Assembly (NCBI GenBank): GCA_963706575.1
Contig: CAVPNL010000005.1
Location: 288,001-352,000, forward strand
Direction of reading: 5' to 3'
Length of the DNA: 64,000 bases
Source: an uncultured delta proteobacterium
GTDB taxonomy: Bacteria > Desulfobacterota > Desulfobacteria > Desulfobacterales > JAHEIW01
Numbering within the stretch: the stretch's first letter is position 1; each line of letters opens with the position of its first letter. Positions 50,171 to 60,217 of the stretch are shown piece by piece. A program made the position numbers and the translations under genes. The notes under the pieces are model-generated. The model was given only the letters and a program-made list of their open reading frames with translations, did not search any database and had not been told where the DNA came from.

Positions 50171-53100
50171 ATGACCAAAAAAATTGGTAAAGCCCTGGTT
50201 GTCGGAGCCGGCATCAGCGGTATCCGCTCGGCATTGGACCTGGCTGAATATGGTTACGGCGTTACCCTGATAGACCGGTCCTGCCATATCGGCGGCATTT
50301 TGAGTCAACTCGACTATCAGTTTCCCACAGACAGGTGCGGTATGTGCAAAATGCTTCCTTTAGTCGATCGAGATGCAAGCTCGCAATATTGCCTTCGCAA
50401 GGGGCTTTTTCATGAAAATATCGACATTCTGCTTGGCACCGAGCTGGTTTCAATCGACGGTGAGCCCGGCCGTTTCCAGGTCCAGCTGAAGGAGCATCCC
50501 AATTGGGTCAATTCCGATCTGTGCACCGGTTGTGGAGAGTGTACCCAGGTTTGCCCCGTGGAGGTCCCCGACGAATTCAATGCCGGGCTGGCAAAGCGCA
50601 AAGCAATATACCTTCCGGTCCCCCATGCCATTCCCAACACCTATATTATTGATGTTACTTCCTGTAACGACTGCAGGGCCTGTATCGAGGCTTGCCCAAC
50701 AGATGCCATTCACCTGCCCGAGCAGAAACGCGAGGGATTTCGCATTCTTGTGGTCGATGATGAACTCATCGTGCGCGATTCCCTCAAGGAATGGTTGCAA
50801 GAGGAAGGCTTTGCGGTGGACATGGCCGCCTCCGGTTCGGAAGCTTTAGATCAACTGACAAAACAGGAATATCAATTAATGCTGCTGGATATCAAGATGC
50901 CGGGCATGGACGGTGTCGAGGTCCTGCAAAAGGCCAGAGAAAGCTTCGCGGATATCAATGTGATTATGATGACCGCTTATGCAACCGTTGAAACCGCTGT
51001 TGAAGCCATGAAAATAGGGGCTCTGGATTATCTGATAAAACCATTTGATCCCGAAACCCTGATCCCCATGGTCCTGAGAATATACCAGGATATGACGGCG
51101 GCTGAAGGCCGACAGTTAGAAGTTGGGGCCATCGTACTTAGCGGTGGCACGGCCTTTTTCGACCCGGCCGGCGGGAAAAACACGTTTGGCTACGGGATGT
51201 ATCCGAACGTTGTCACCAGCCTTGAGTTTGAACGCATATTAAGTGGTACCGGCCCCTTTGAGGGACGGCCGCTGCGGCCGCTGGACGGAAAACCGGTTCA
51301 TAAAGTCGCCTGGATTCAATGCGTAGGCTCGCGCGATTTGCAAACGGATGCAGACTTTTGTTCAAATATCTGTTGCATGGTGGCCATTAAAGAAGCTGTC
51401 CTGGCCAAAGAAAAAATCGACGCGGATTTGGAAACAACCCTTTTTTATATGGATATGCGTACGTTTGGCAAAAGCTTTCAACGCTACCGGGAGCAGGCTG
51501 AAAGCCTTCATGGTGTGCGATTCGAAAGGGGTCGGGTCCACTCTGTCATACAGGATGAAGAAAGCGGAGATATGATTATCCGCAGTGTGGCCATTTCCGG
51601 AAAATCCACTGAATCACATTTTGACATGGTGGTGCTCACCGTCGGCCAGCGTCCGGCCGGTGGCACCTCTGAATTGGGCGAAATGCTGGGGCTGGAGCTG
51701 AATCCATGGGGCTTTGGAAACACTATCCCTTTTTCCCTGACGCGAACCAACCGCAGCGGGATTTTGCTGGGCGGTTCATTCGCGGGTCTCAAAGACATCG
51801 GTGACTCGGTGACCCAGGCCTCGGCGGCTGCCTTATCGGCATCCCAGGTGATTCATTCCAGTGGGGGTAGCCTATCGTTGGAGTCGCCGCCAGCCCTGCC
51901 CATAGCTGCTCTGGCGCGTGAAATCCCCAGAATTATGGCGGTCGTCTGTACCTGCGGGGGCAAACTTTCAGGATTTAATGACCCGGCAGAAATTGTTCAA
52001 CACCTTAAAACCAACCCTGTGGTGAAACAGGTTGAATTTCTGGAACACATCTGCACGGCCGACGGCTGGGCACAGCTGGCGGAAATGGTGGAAACGAACA
52101 AACCGAACCGGCTTTTGATTGGCACTTGCATGCCCTATGTCTATCAACGCAAACTCCAGGAGTTCGGCCGGCAGGTGGGTATAGATCCTGCCCTGATGGA
52201 AGTGGTTGATGTAAATACGGAATTAAAGGACAAACGGCTACTTTTGCGCAATATGCTTTCTGCTTTAGAGATGGGGATTTCCAAGCTCAAATGGGTGGAC
52301 CCATCTTCAACCGTTACAATTCCAGTCGCTCAACGTGCTTTGGTCATCGGTGGCGGTATTGCCGGCATGACGGCTGCTCTGGCAATTGCCGATCATGGAT
52401 TTCAGGTGGATCTTGTGGAACAGGCAGAACAGTTGGGAGGAAATCTGAACTGGCTGCAGCGCACCCTGGAGGGGTATTCGATAGAGACATTGCTGGGGGA
52501 CACCCGTCTCCTGGTTGAAAGGCATCCCAAGATTGGCGTTCATATCCAGTCCCAGGTTATTAGTTCTGTTGGCCAGGTAGGGAGTTTTTTGACTACCTTG
52601 GAAGGCCCGCAAAATTCGGTCCAAGCCTTGGAGCATGGTGTGACTATTTTAGCCACCGGCGGGGCGGAAGCCGTAACCGTTTCTTATGGATATGGTACAA
52701 ATCCGTCGATTATCACCCAGAAAGAATTAGAGCAAAAGCTATCTGCCGGCAAGATCGAACCCGAGCAGCTCGATTCGGTAGTGATGATTCAATGTGTGGA
52801 CTCGCGCGAGGAACCGCGCAATTATTGCAGTCGGGTGTGTTGTGCCAATTCGCTCAAGCAAGCCCTGGATCTCAAGGAAAAAAACCCTGAACTTTCAGTA
52901 TACATTCTTTATCGGGACATGATGGCCTACGGATTTGCCGAGGCTTATTACACCCGGGCCCGCAAAGCCGGTGTGATCTTCATCCAGTATCAGATTGATG
53001 AAAAACCCCGGGTCCAATGCGACCCGGCAAGCCTGGAGGTGGCCGTTTTTGAGCCCATCCTCGGTCGGCCGCTTCAAATTCAGACGGATCTTGTGGTTTT

Positions 53101-53575
53101 AGCCACCGGCGTTGTTCCAAATCTTCCTCAGGGCTTGGTGGAAATTTTTGGCGTAACACTTGATCAGGACGGCTTTTTCCAGGAGGCCGAATCCAAGTGG
53201 CGCCCGGTTGACGCCCTGAAAGAGGGCGTTTTTGCCTGCGGTCTGGCCCACTCCCCTCGAAACATACCGGAAGCAATTACCACTGCCGAGGCCGCCGCCG
53301 CAAGAGCCTTGAGAATACTTGCCCGTGAGCGCTTGCGGTCGGGAAAAGTAGTGGCCACTGTCCGTCACAGTCTGTGCAGTCTGTGTGAACAATGCATTGA
53401 TGCATGTCCATACGGTGCTCGCGTGCTGGATCTTGATCATGAAAAGGTACTGGTAAATCCGGCAATGTGCCAGGGGTGTGGGTCCTGTGCGGCAGTCTGC
53501 CCCAACAGCGCATCCGTTTTGGAGGGTTTTCAGGAACAGCAAATGTTTGAGGTAATTGATGCCGCCATTGGATGA
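50171..53575 (+). CDS. hdrA: Double-FAD HdrA-like protein with an internal response-regulator receiver domain (about 50741-51090)
   Basis: VVGAGISG...FPTDRCGMC, ferredoxin insert, then RILVVDDE...LLDIKMPGMDG...MMTAY...IKPF, then QCVGSRD/CSNICC, a second GGGIAG, QCVDSR/CSRVCC, and C-terminal 2x4Fe-4S. Confidence 0.88.
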   Translation: MTKKIGKALVVGAGISGIRSALDLAEYGYGVTLIDRSCHIGGILSQLDYQFPTDRCGMCKMLPLVDRDASSQYCLRKGLFHENIDILLGTELVSIDGEPGRFQVQLKEHPNWVNSDLCTGCGECTQVCPVEVPDEFNAGLAKRKAIYLPVPHAIPNTYIIDVTSCNDCRACIEACPTDAIHLPEQKREGFRILVVDDELIVRDSLKEWLQEEGFAVDMAASGSEALDQLTKQEYQLMLLDIKMPGMDGVEVLQKARESFADINVIMMTAYATVETAVEAMKIGALDYLIKPFDPETLIPMVLRIYQDMTAAEGRQLEVGAIVLSGGTAFFDPAGGKNTFGYGMYPNVVTSLEFERILSGTGPFEGRPLRPLDGKPVHKVAWIQCVGSRDLQTDADFCSNICCMVAIKEAVLAKEKIDADLETTLFYMDMRTFGKSFQRYREQAESLHGVRFERGRVHSVIQDEESGDMIIRSVAISGKSTESHFDMVVLTVGQRPAGGTSELGEMLGLELNPWGFGNTIPFSLTRTNRSGILLGGSFAGLKDIGDSVTQASAAALSASQVIHSSGGSLSLESPPALPIAALAREIPRIMAVVCTCGGKLSGFNDPAEIVQHLKTNPVVKQVEFLEHICTADGWAQLAEMVETNKPNRLLIGTCMPYVYQRKLQEFGRQVGIDPALMEVVDVNTELKDKRLLLRNMLSALEMGISKLKWVDPSSTVTIPVAQRALVIGGGIAGMTAALAIADHGFQVDLVEQAEQLGGNLNWLQRTLEGYSIETLLGDTRLLVERHPKIGVHIQSQVISSVGQVGSFLTTLEGPQNSVQALEHGVTILATGGAEAVTVSYGYGTNPSIITQKELEQKLSAGKIEPEQLDSVVMIQCVDSREEPRNYCSRVCCANSLKQALDLKEKNPELSVYILYRDMMAYGFAEAYYTRARKAGVIFIQYQIDEKPRVQCDPASLEVAVFEPILGRPLQIQTDLVVLATGVVPNLPQGLVEIFGVTLDQDGFFQEAESKWRPVDALKEGVFACGLAHSPRNIPEAITTAEAAAARALRILARERLRSGKVVATVRHSLCSLCEQCIDACPYGARVLDLDHEKVLVNPAMCQGCGSCAAVCPNSASVLEGFQEQQMFEVIDAAIG

Positions 53576-53596
53576 ACGGCTTAAAAAAAATTAAAA

Positions 53597-55900
53597 ATGT
53601 TCAAGTTTATCAAAAATATCCGGCGTCGGTTGGCGACCAAGCTCATTTTAACAGTCGGCCTGACCCTGCTCATTACGATTTCTACCTGGGCTTACTTTAA
53701 TATCAATTATCAGGAAAAAAAGCTCATGGAGAATATTGTAGAAGGAACCGATCGGTTAACCAATACCATCAAACTCGGCACGCACTATGCCATGATGCTA
53801 AACTCGCGGGATGATATCAACCAGATCATTAATAATATCGGTAGGCAGAAAGAGATCGAAACCATTCGTATTTATAATAAGGGCGGGAAAATCAAATATT
53901 CCAACCAGCCGACGGAAATTGATACCGCCACCAATATAAAAGATGAAGCTTGTTATATCTGTCACCGGACGGAACCACCGCTGTTTGAACTCAGCCTGGA
54001 AGAAAGAACACGTATCTTTACCTCTGCCAAAGGCTATCGTTTACTTGGAATTATTAGCCCTATTTGTAATGAGCCTGGGTGTGCGACCGATGCCTGTCAT
54101 ATACATCCGAAAGGCAAAAAAATTCTTGGAGCGCTAGATGTGGTGGTCTCTCTGGAAGATGCGGATAAAGAAATCTTCATGACCCAAAAAGAAGCGTTTG
54201 GTTTGGCGGGTGCTATTTTCCTGGTGACATCCACCATTATTTTTCTTTTCCAGTTGCGGTTTGTCAATCAACCGATCCGGAAATTAATCGATGGAACCCG
54301 TACCATCGCAGAGGGGATTCATCCCAGCAGAGTCGACATTGACCAGGACGATGAGATGGGAAAACTTGCGGTTGCCATCAATCAGATGAGTAAAAAAATT
54401 GCCGAAAAACAGGCCGAACTGAATGAACAAAGAGACGAATACCAGACCCTCTTTGAAAGGGCACCCTGCCTGATTACGGTTCAGGATCGAAATTATAAGT
54501 TGCTAAGATATAATCGCGAATTCGCAAAACAGTTTGATCCTCAGCCCGGCGAACATTGCTATCATTCATATAAAGGGCAAGATCAGAAATGTGAAAATTG
54601 CCCGGTTGAACACACATTTGAAGATGGTCAAACCCATTATGGTGAGGAGACCGGGCTTAACAAAGACGGTACCCCGGTTCATTGGATTCTGCGAGCATCT
54701 CCGATTAAAAATGCGAAGGGTGAAATTGTTGCCGCCATCGAGATGAGCCTAGACATTACACAGCGCAAACAGCTTGAGGACAAACTGGAAAAGTCTGAGA
54801 AGAAATATCACGAAATTTTCAACAATATGCCAAACCCCGTTTTTGTATTGGACCTGGCGTCATTGAAGATACTCGACTGCAATGAGAGTGTAAAACCAGT
54901 ATACGGATTTGATAAAGATGAAGTCATTAACAGATCCTTTTTGGATCTCTTCATCGGAAAAGACCGTGATGAATATGCGTCAAAGCTAAAAAACGTTTCC
55001 GTGATCAACCAGGCAAAACAGCAGAACAAAAATGGCAAGACACTTTTTGTGACCATCAGAATTTCGCCTTCGGATTATTCGGGCAATAAGGTGCTTCTCG
55101 TGAGCACCAGCGATATCACCAAACGGCTCGAAACCGAGCAGCAGTTAATCCAGGCCAGCAAGATGGCAACCTTGGGAGAGATGGCCACCGGAGTTGCCCA
55201 CGAGCTCAATCAGCCGCTTTCGGTGATAAAAACCGCCAGCAGTTTTTCCATAAAAAAAATAAATAAAAACGAGCCGATCGAAGCGGAAATCTTGTTCAAA
55301 ATTCTGGCAAAGATAGACAGTAATGTGGATCGAGCGACAAAAATAATTAACCATATGCGGCAATTTGCGCGTAAATCTGAGATGGATTTGGAGAAAGTCC
55401 AGATCAACGACATTCTCGAAAGGGCTTTTGAGATTTTCAGCCAACAGCTTAAGTTAAGAGGGATTGAAGTCATCTGGTCCATCGACAAGAAATTACCGAA
55501 GATCAATGCGGATCCCGGTCGCATGGAGCAGGTGTTTATCAACCTTTTATTGAATGCCAGAGACGCAATTGAGGATAGATGGGGTAATCAAGAGCCGCAA
55601 TCAAGTGAAAAAAAGATTATTCTAAAAACAGTCTGTGATGGGCACAACGTCATCTGCGAGGTCTGTGATACCGGCATAGGGATTTCGGAATCTATTTCAG
55701 ATAAAATATTTGAACCTTTTTTCACGACGAAGGAAGTCGGCATGGGCACGGGGCTGGGGTTATCCATCAGTTATGGGATCGTGAAAGATTGCGGTGGTAG
55801 TATACAGGTCGTTCCCAACAAGCCAGAGGGCGCCTGTTTTGTTTTAAAATTTCCGCTGCAGGATATAAACGATGCAAAAGAAATTACTACTCGTCGATGA
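53597..55900 (+). CDS. Heme-c-motif HAMP PAS-PAS sensor histidine kinase; paralog of 15920
   Basis: CYICH and CATDACH between two TM helices; [14 protein letters not shown]. Confidence 0.9.
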   Translation: MFKFIKNIRRRLATKLILTVGLTLLITISTWAYFNINYQEKKLMENIVEGTDRLTNTIKLGTHYAMMLNSRDDINQIINNIGRQKEIETIRIYNKGGKIKYSNQPTEIDTATNIKDEACYICHRTEPPLFELSLEERTRIFTSAKGYRLLGIISPICNEPGCATDACHIHPKGKKILGALDVVVSLEDADKEIFMTQKEAFGLAGAIFLVTSTIIFLFQLRFVNQPIRKLIDGTRTIAEGIHPSRVDIDQDDEMGKLAVAINQMSKKIAEKQAELNEQRDEYQTLFERAPCLITVQDRNYKLLRYNREFAKQFDPQPGEHCYHSYKGQDQKCENCPVEHTFEDGQTHYGEETGLNKDGTPVHWILRASPIKNAKGEIVAAIEMSLDITQRKQLEDKLEKSEKKYHEIFNNMPNPVFVLDLASLKILDCNESVKPVYGFDKDEVINRSFLDLFIGKDRDEYASKLKNVSVINQAKQQNKNGKTLFVTIRISPSDYSGNKVLLVSTSDITKRLETEQQLIQASKMATLGEMATGVAHELNQPLSVIKTASSFSIKKINKNEPIEAEILFKILAKIDSNVDRATKIINHMRQFARKSEMDLEKVQINDILERAFEIFSQQLKLRGIEVIWSIDKKLPKINADPGRMEQVFINLLLNARDAIEDRWGNQEPQSSEKKIILKTVCDGHNVICEVCDTGIGISESISDKIFEPFFTTKEVGMGTGLGLSISYGIVKDCGGSIQVVPNKPEGACFVLKFPLQDINDAKEITTRR

Positions 55901-56993
55901 TGAAAAGGATGTCCGCGAGGTTCTGCTCTTACCCTTGTCGGATTTCGGATACCATATTTTCGAAGCCGAAAATGGAGAGGAAGCTTTGCGCCTTTTTAAG
56001 GAAGTCCAGCCGCCGATCGTTATGACTGATATTAAAATGCCGGGCATTGATGGTATCGAGCTGCTGCGAAAGATAAAACATGAAAATCCGGAGACCGAAG
56101 TCATTATGATCACCGGGCATGGGGATATGGATCTGGCAATTAAAAGTCTTAAATATGAAGCCACAGATTTTATCACGAAACCAATTAACGTCGATGCTCT
56201 GGAAATCGCACTCCAAAGGGCTATGGATCGAATTATTACCCGACAAAAACTACGCGAGTATACCGAAAACCTCGAGCAGCTTATACGCGAGAAAACCGAG
56301 TTGCAGAGCCATTTATCTTCGCTAGGTTTGATGATTGGATCCATATCTCATGGAATAAAAGGCCTGTTGACCGGATTAGATGGCGGTATGTATCTGCTGA
56401 ACTCAGGTTTTTCGAAAAAAAACAAAGACCAGACTGAAGAGGGGTGGGAAATCGTAAAGTCGATGGTCGAACGAATCCGCAAGATGATTATGGATATCCT
56501 TTTTTATGCCAAGGAAAGAGATCTCAAATTGGAGCGCATCGATATCCGAAATTTTGTCGAAGAGGTGGTCAAAGAACTTGAACCAAAAATGAAAAGTCAA
56601 AACATTAAATTCATAAAGAATTTCGATACTGATCTAGGAGAGCTCGAAGTTGACGCAACCTATGTCCATTCTGCCCTGATTAATATCATTGAAAATGCAA
56701 TAGAAGCCTGCAGCCAAGACCAAACAAAAAACTCGCCTGAAATTGTTTTCAGCGTCAAAGCGCACAAAAAAAGCGTCATCTTTGAAATTGCTGATAATGG
56801 CATTGGTATGAATCGTGAAACTCAGGAAAGAATTTTTACACCATTTTTTTCGTCCAAAGGGAGCAAAGGAACCGGACTAGGGCTTTTTGTCTCCAACACC
56901 ATCATCCAGCAGCATGGTGGTGTAATCAATGTGAAATCCACCTCCGGTCAAGGTGCTGTTTTTCAGGTAAAAATTCCGAAACAGGAGGGATAA
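55872..56993 (+). CDS. Receiver-histidine kinase hybrid
   Basis: LVDDE, MTDIKMP; SHGIKG H-box; GTGLGL. Confidence 0.9.
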   Translation: MQKKLLLVDDEKDVREVLLLPLSDFGYHIFEAENGEEALRLFKEVQPPIVMTDIKMPGIDGIELLRKIKHENPETEVIMITGHGDMDLAIKSLKYEATDFITKPINVDALEIALQRAMDRIITRQKLREYTENLEQLIREKTELQSHLSSLGLMIGSISHGIKGLLTGLDGGMYLLNSGFSKKNKDQTEEGWEIVKSMVERIRKMIMDILFYAKERDLKLERIDIRNFVEEVVKELEPKMKSQNIKFIKNFDTDLGELEVDATYVHSALINIIENAIEACSQDQTKNSPEIVFSVKAHKKSVIFEIADNGIGMNRETQERIFTPFFSSKGSKGTGLGLFVSNTIIQQHGGVINVKSTSGQGAVFQVKIPKQEG

Positions 56994-58124
56994 TGAGAAC
57001 TTTCGACGATTTAATTAAAGAAGTGCAAAACCCCGGACTTTGTCATCGTTGTGGTGCTTGTGTCGCCTTTTGTGCAGCCATTAACTACGGGGCTTTAGAG
57101 TTAGATTCAGAAGGGCAACCAAGATATGCGGATAAAGATAGATGTATCAAGGGTGGGCTGTGCTATGTAATCTGCCCGGCGATCGATGAGTTAAAAGAAG
57201 AAACAAAAAGAAAGGTGGATTGGGCCGCGCCCATGGGGCGGGTATCCGATATCCGTATTGCGCGTGCGAAAGACCCGGCTATCCGCAACGCAGCTACGGA
57301 TGGGGGCGTTGTCACCGCGTTACTGGTTTATTTATTTCAAAAGCGTCAGATAGATGCCGCTGTCGTGACAAAGCCTGTCGGGCCATTCAAGCGTGAATCG
57401 TTTTTAGCCGCAACTGAGGAGGATATTCGCAGTTCAGCCGGATCTTTCTTTGATATCTCATATGGCATGAAAAGCTTAAGCGACCATTACTCGACTTATT
57501 CCCAGATAGGCGCATTTCATTCTAATATCAAAAATGGATTTCAACGTGTTGCCTTCGTCGGGACTCCCTGCCAGATACAGGCCATTCGCAAAATGCAAGC
57601 GATCAATATCTTCCCGTCGGATGCCGTCAAGTTATGTTTGGGACTGTTATGTTCGGGAAACTTCATTTTTGGAGAAAAACAACGGCGCCAGGTTGCCCAA
57701 ATTGGCAATTTTCAATGGGAGCGTGTCAAGAAAATTAATATCAAAGAAAAGCTGATGGTGCATTTAAAAGGCGGTGAAGTGAAAACAATTAAGCTAAACG
57801 ATCTTAACTTCATGAAGCGGTTTCCTTGTAATTTCTGTGATGACTTTTCGGCCGAGTATGCCGACATTTCATTTGGCGGGCTGGGTGCAGATGAAGGGTG
57901 GACCACCGTTATTATACGCTCCCCGATAGGAAGGAAATATTTTTCATGGGCTAAGTCCAAAGCAATTGAAGAAAACGAGGAGGGTCGCCATCTGCATCAT
58001 ACCTAGTAAGGCACTCAACAGGGTCAGACATTGGTCGCAGAAGAAGAAAACATTGGCCCTTGAAAGTCGAAAAACGCTGAGTAGTAAATTTCCAGACCTA
58101 AAGCTGGAAGATTGTTCTTTATAA
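56993..58124 (+). CDS. FrhB/FdhB-family (F420 hydrogenase beta-like) flavoprotein; C-terminus probably extended by a +1 frameshift near 58000
   Basis: CHRCGACVAFC, TDGGVVTALL, VGTPCQ, GLLC, CNFCDDFSAEYADISFG; the +1 frame continues SKALNRVRHWSQKKK to TAA 58124. Confidence 0.75.
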
Positions 58125-58131
58125 AGGGAGA

Positions 58132-58410
58132 ATGAAAATGGCGAAGATGCAAAAATACATGGTGGTTCACAGCGATACCACTATTCCGTGGGAAAAAGTT
58201 GAAGAAAATTGGGCAAAACTCACCAATGTCGGAAATGCAATATGGGTGCGAACCTATTTTAATAAAGAAAAAGGCGTGCGATATTGCTTGTGGATAGCTC
58301 CAGACGAAACCGTGTTGAAAACAATCTTTTCTAATCTGGATATTTCCTGGGAGTCTCTGATAGAGGTCGAAAAAACAGATCCAGATCTCTGGGATCAGAA
58401 GAAAGGGTAG
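58132..58410 (+). CDS. DUF4242-like small protein, copy 1 (ends at an apparently premature TAG)
   Basis: WVRTYFNKEKGVRYCLWIAPDE; close paralog of 58690. Confidence 0.6.
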   Translation: MKMAKMQKYMVVHSDTTIPWEKVEENWAKLTNVGNAIWVRTYFNKEKGVRYCLWIAPDETVLKTIFSNLDISWESLIEVEKTDPDLWDQKKG

Positions 58411-58689
58411 GAACATTTAGAAGCAGAAGGGTCTGACAACTGTAAAGTCACGTTTTGTTCAGGACACTTTAACTTAATATTTAGGCAGAGATTCAATGAA
58501 GAAACCTCTCAAAATGTGCATATCTTGCTCCTGACAGGAGATAAATCGTTCAGTCTGGAGCCTCTATGCACGTTCAGTATTCGTTGGCCTTACTTTCCTA
58601 TTTCCTCTTGTCAGGAGACACTTTGGTTGTTTCAGGCACGGTGAGATATTGAGATTATTTATTAACATCTCACTTGAGGAGGATCTGTC

Positions 58690-59004
58690 ATGGAAAAAAT
58701 GTTAACATACATGATCGTCCACAATGATCCCAACATTTCATGGGAAAAGGTGGAGGAAAACTGGGGAAAACTCGCAAATGTCGAAACGTGTACATGGGTG
58801 CGGACTTGTTTTAATAAAGATAAGGGGCTGCGCTATTGTGTATGGTTGGCTCCCGATGAGCGTACATTAAAATCGATTTTTACTGATCTTAATATCTCTT
58901 ATGAATCGATAATAGAAGTTGAAGAAACGGTTCCAGATCTGTGGGGCAAGAGATGGGAAGAGCACCTCGCTGCAGAAGAAACGGCTAGCACACGGGGATT
59001 TTAA
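58690..59004 (+). CDS. DUF4242-like small protein, copy 2
   Basis: WVRTCFNKDKGLRYCVWLAPDE; GAGGAGG RBS. Confidence 0.65.
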   Translation: MEKMLTYMIVHNDPNISWEKVEENWGKLANVETCTWVRTCFNKDKGLRYCVWLAPDERTLKSIFTDLNISYESIIEVEETVPDLWGKRWEEHLAAEETASTRGF

Positions 59005-59056
59005 TAAAAATTCCCTAATTTGAATGTTAATTTACATCCTATGTGGTGAGTACTGA

Positions 59057-59087
59057 AGGCAGGGTCAGCAATGGCCCTGCCTATTTT
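59057..59087 (+). terminator. Intrinsic terminator
   Basis: AGGCAGGGTCA-gcaa-TGGCCCTGCCT-ATTTT. Confidence 0.7.
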
Positions 59088-59238
59088 ATCTTTAACTTTT
59101 GAGTTGCCATTTATCTGCATAAAAGTAGTCTTTATGAATTGCGGATTATGCCAGCATATCAAAGGTCTGCAGGTCGTCATCCCTTTCCTTCATTTACAAA
59201 AATGCTTGACAACCCATTCGTAAACGCTCAGGGTTATT

Positions 59239-59254
59239 ATGAGCATATGCTTAT
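59239..59254. promoter_or_regulatory. Palindromic operator candidate (ATG-NN-CATATG-NN-CAT)
   Basis: ATGAGCATATGCTTAT; related boxes at 61402, 61447 and 61684. Confidence 0.55.
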
Positions 59255-59353
59255 AATCTAAGAGCCACTATCTCCGCAAATATTGATAATATTAGATACT
59301 TACTCGTGCAAAATTCAGGTAACAACAAATGATCGAGTTTTTGGAGGGATCGC

Positions 59354-59611
59354 ATGCCTTTGTTTGATTATCTCTGTGAGAAATGTGGAAGCGTTAATGA
59401 ACTACTGATGACAGCAACGTCTGATCGACCGCAATGTCATTTCTGTGGCAGTCAAGAACTTAAAAAACTCATTTCGGCCCATTCTTCTGCATCCGGAGGA
59501 TCTCAAATTCGTTTGCCGGCAGCGGGTGACACGGGTTGCTGCGGGTCGCAACCACACCAGGTCGACTGCGAAGGGCCAGGAAGCTGCTGCGGAAAAGTTG
59601 CTAAGCGTTAA
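59354..59611 (+). CDS. FmdB-family zinc-ribbon protein with Cys-rich tail
   Basis: MPLFDYLCEKCG...CHFCGS..LKKLIS; tail CCG...C..PGSCCG. Confidence 0.85.
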   Translation: MPLFDYLCEKCGSVNELLMTATSDRPQCHFCGSQELKKLISAHSSASGGSQIRLPAAGDTGCCGSQPHQVDCEGPGSCCGKVAKR

Positions 59612-59644
59612 AAGGCGGGCTATTTTTTATTGTCAGACATATAA

Positions 59645-60070
59645 ATGGAACAGAAAAAATTTGATTTTTGGCAGGATTATTCCCTGCGTTATCTGGAAAT
59701 GGCCTTTCGTACTGACCGCCGAGGAATTGTTAAACATTCGGATGGTTACGGAAAGAGAACCGGTGTCTGCGGTGATAGCGTTGCAATGTATTTGACGATT
59801 CGTGGCGGTCGCATCCAATCGGTGTCATATGAAACCAATGGATGCCTGAGTACCAACGCCTGTGCCAACACGGTTGCTGAATTGATCGAAGGTAAGGATA
59901 TGGGATCGGCCTGGGAGCTAACACCCGAAGATGTGATGAAATACCTGGAAACATTACCCTCGGAAAATGCCCATTGTGCCGAACTTGCGACCGGGGGCCT
60001 TTATCTGGCGCTACAAAATTTTCGGGAATTCAAGCATGATCCGAGAAAGAAGCTGTATGGGGGAAGTTGA
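59645..60070 (+). CDS. IscU/NifU-N-like Fe-S scaffold protein
   Basis: TGVCGDS, TNGC, HCAELA. Confidence 0.85.
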   Translation: MEQKKFDFWQDYSLRYLEMAFRTDRRGIVKHSDGYGKRTGVCGDSVAMYLTIRGGRIQSVSYETNGCLSTNACANTVAELIEGKDMGSAWELTPEDVMKYLETLPSENAHCAELATGGLYLALQNFREFKHDPRKKLYGGS

Positions 60071-60144
60071 CCGTTTTGCATGTTTGAGTGGGGTGCAAAA
60101 ATTTAGGTGATCGAGGACCATACACGCAAGGTGTCGAATTTAAC

Positions 60145-60180
60145 AAAATAAGGGGTGGTAAATTAGCCACCCCTTATTTT
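60145..60180. terminator. Bidirectional terminator between convergent genes
   Basis: AAAATAAGGGGTGG...CCACCCCTTATTTT. Confidence 0.8.
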
Positions 60181-60217
60181 CTGGTGTATTCAATCGCTTC
60201 TTACCCCGGCCACCCAC

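Noticed and set aside
24781..60070. Other TGA-ending ORFs (tmcD, tmcB, mvhD, receiver-HdrA, IscU-like) as Sec read-through candidates
   Set aside because: The TGA falls at the expected C-terminus, with no Cys-motif context and no continuing domain.
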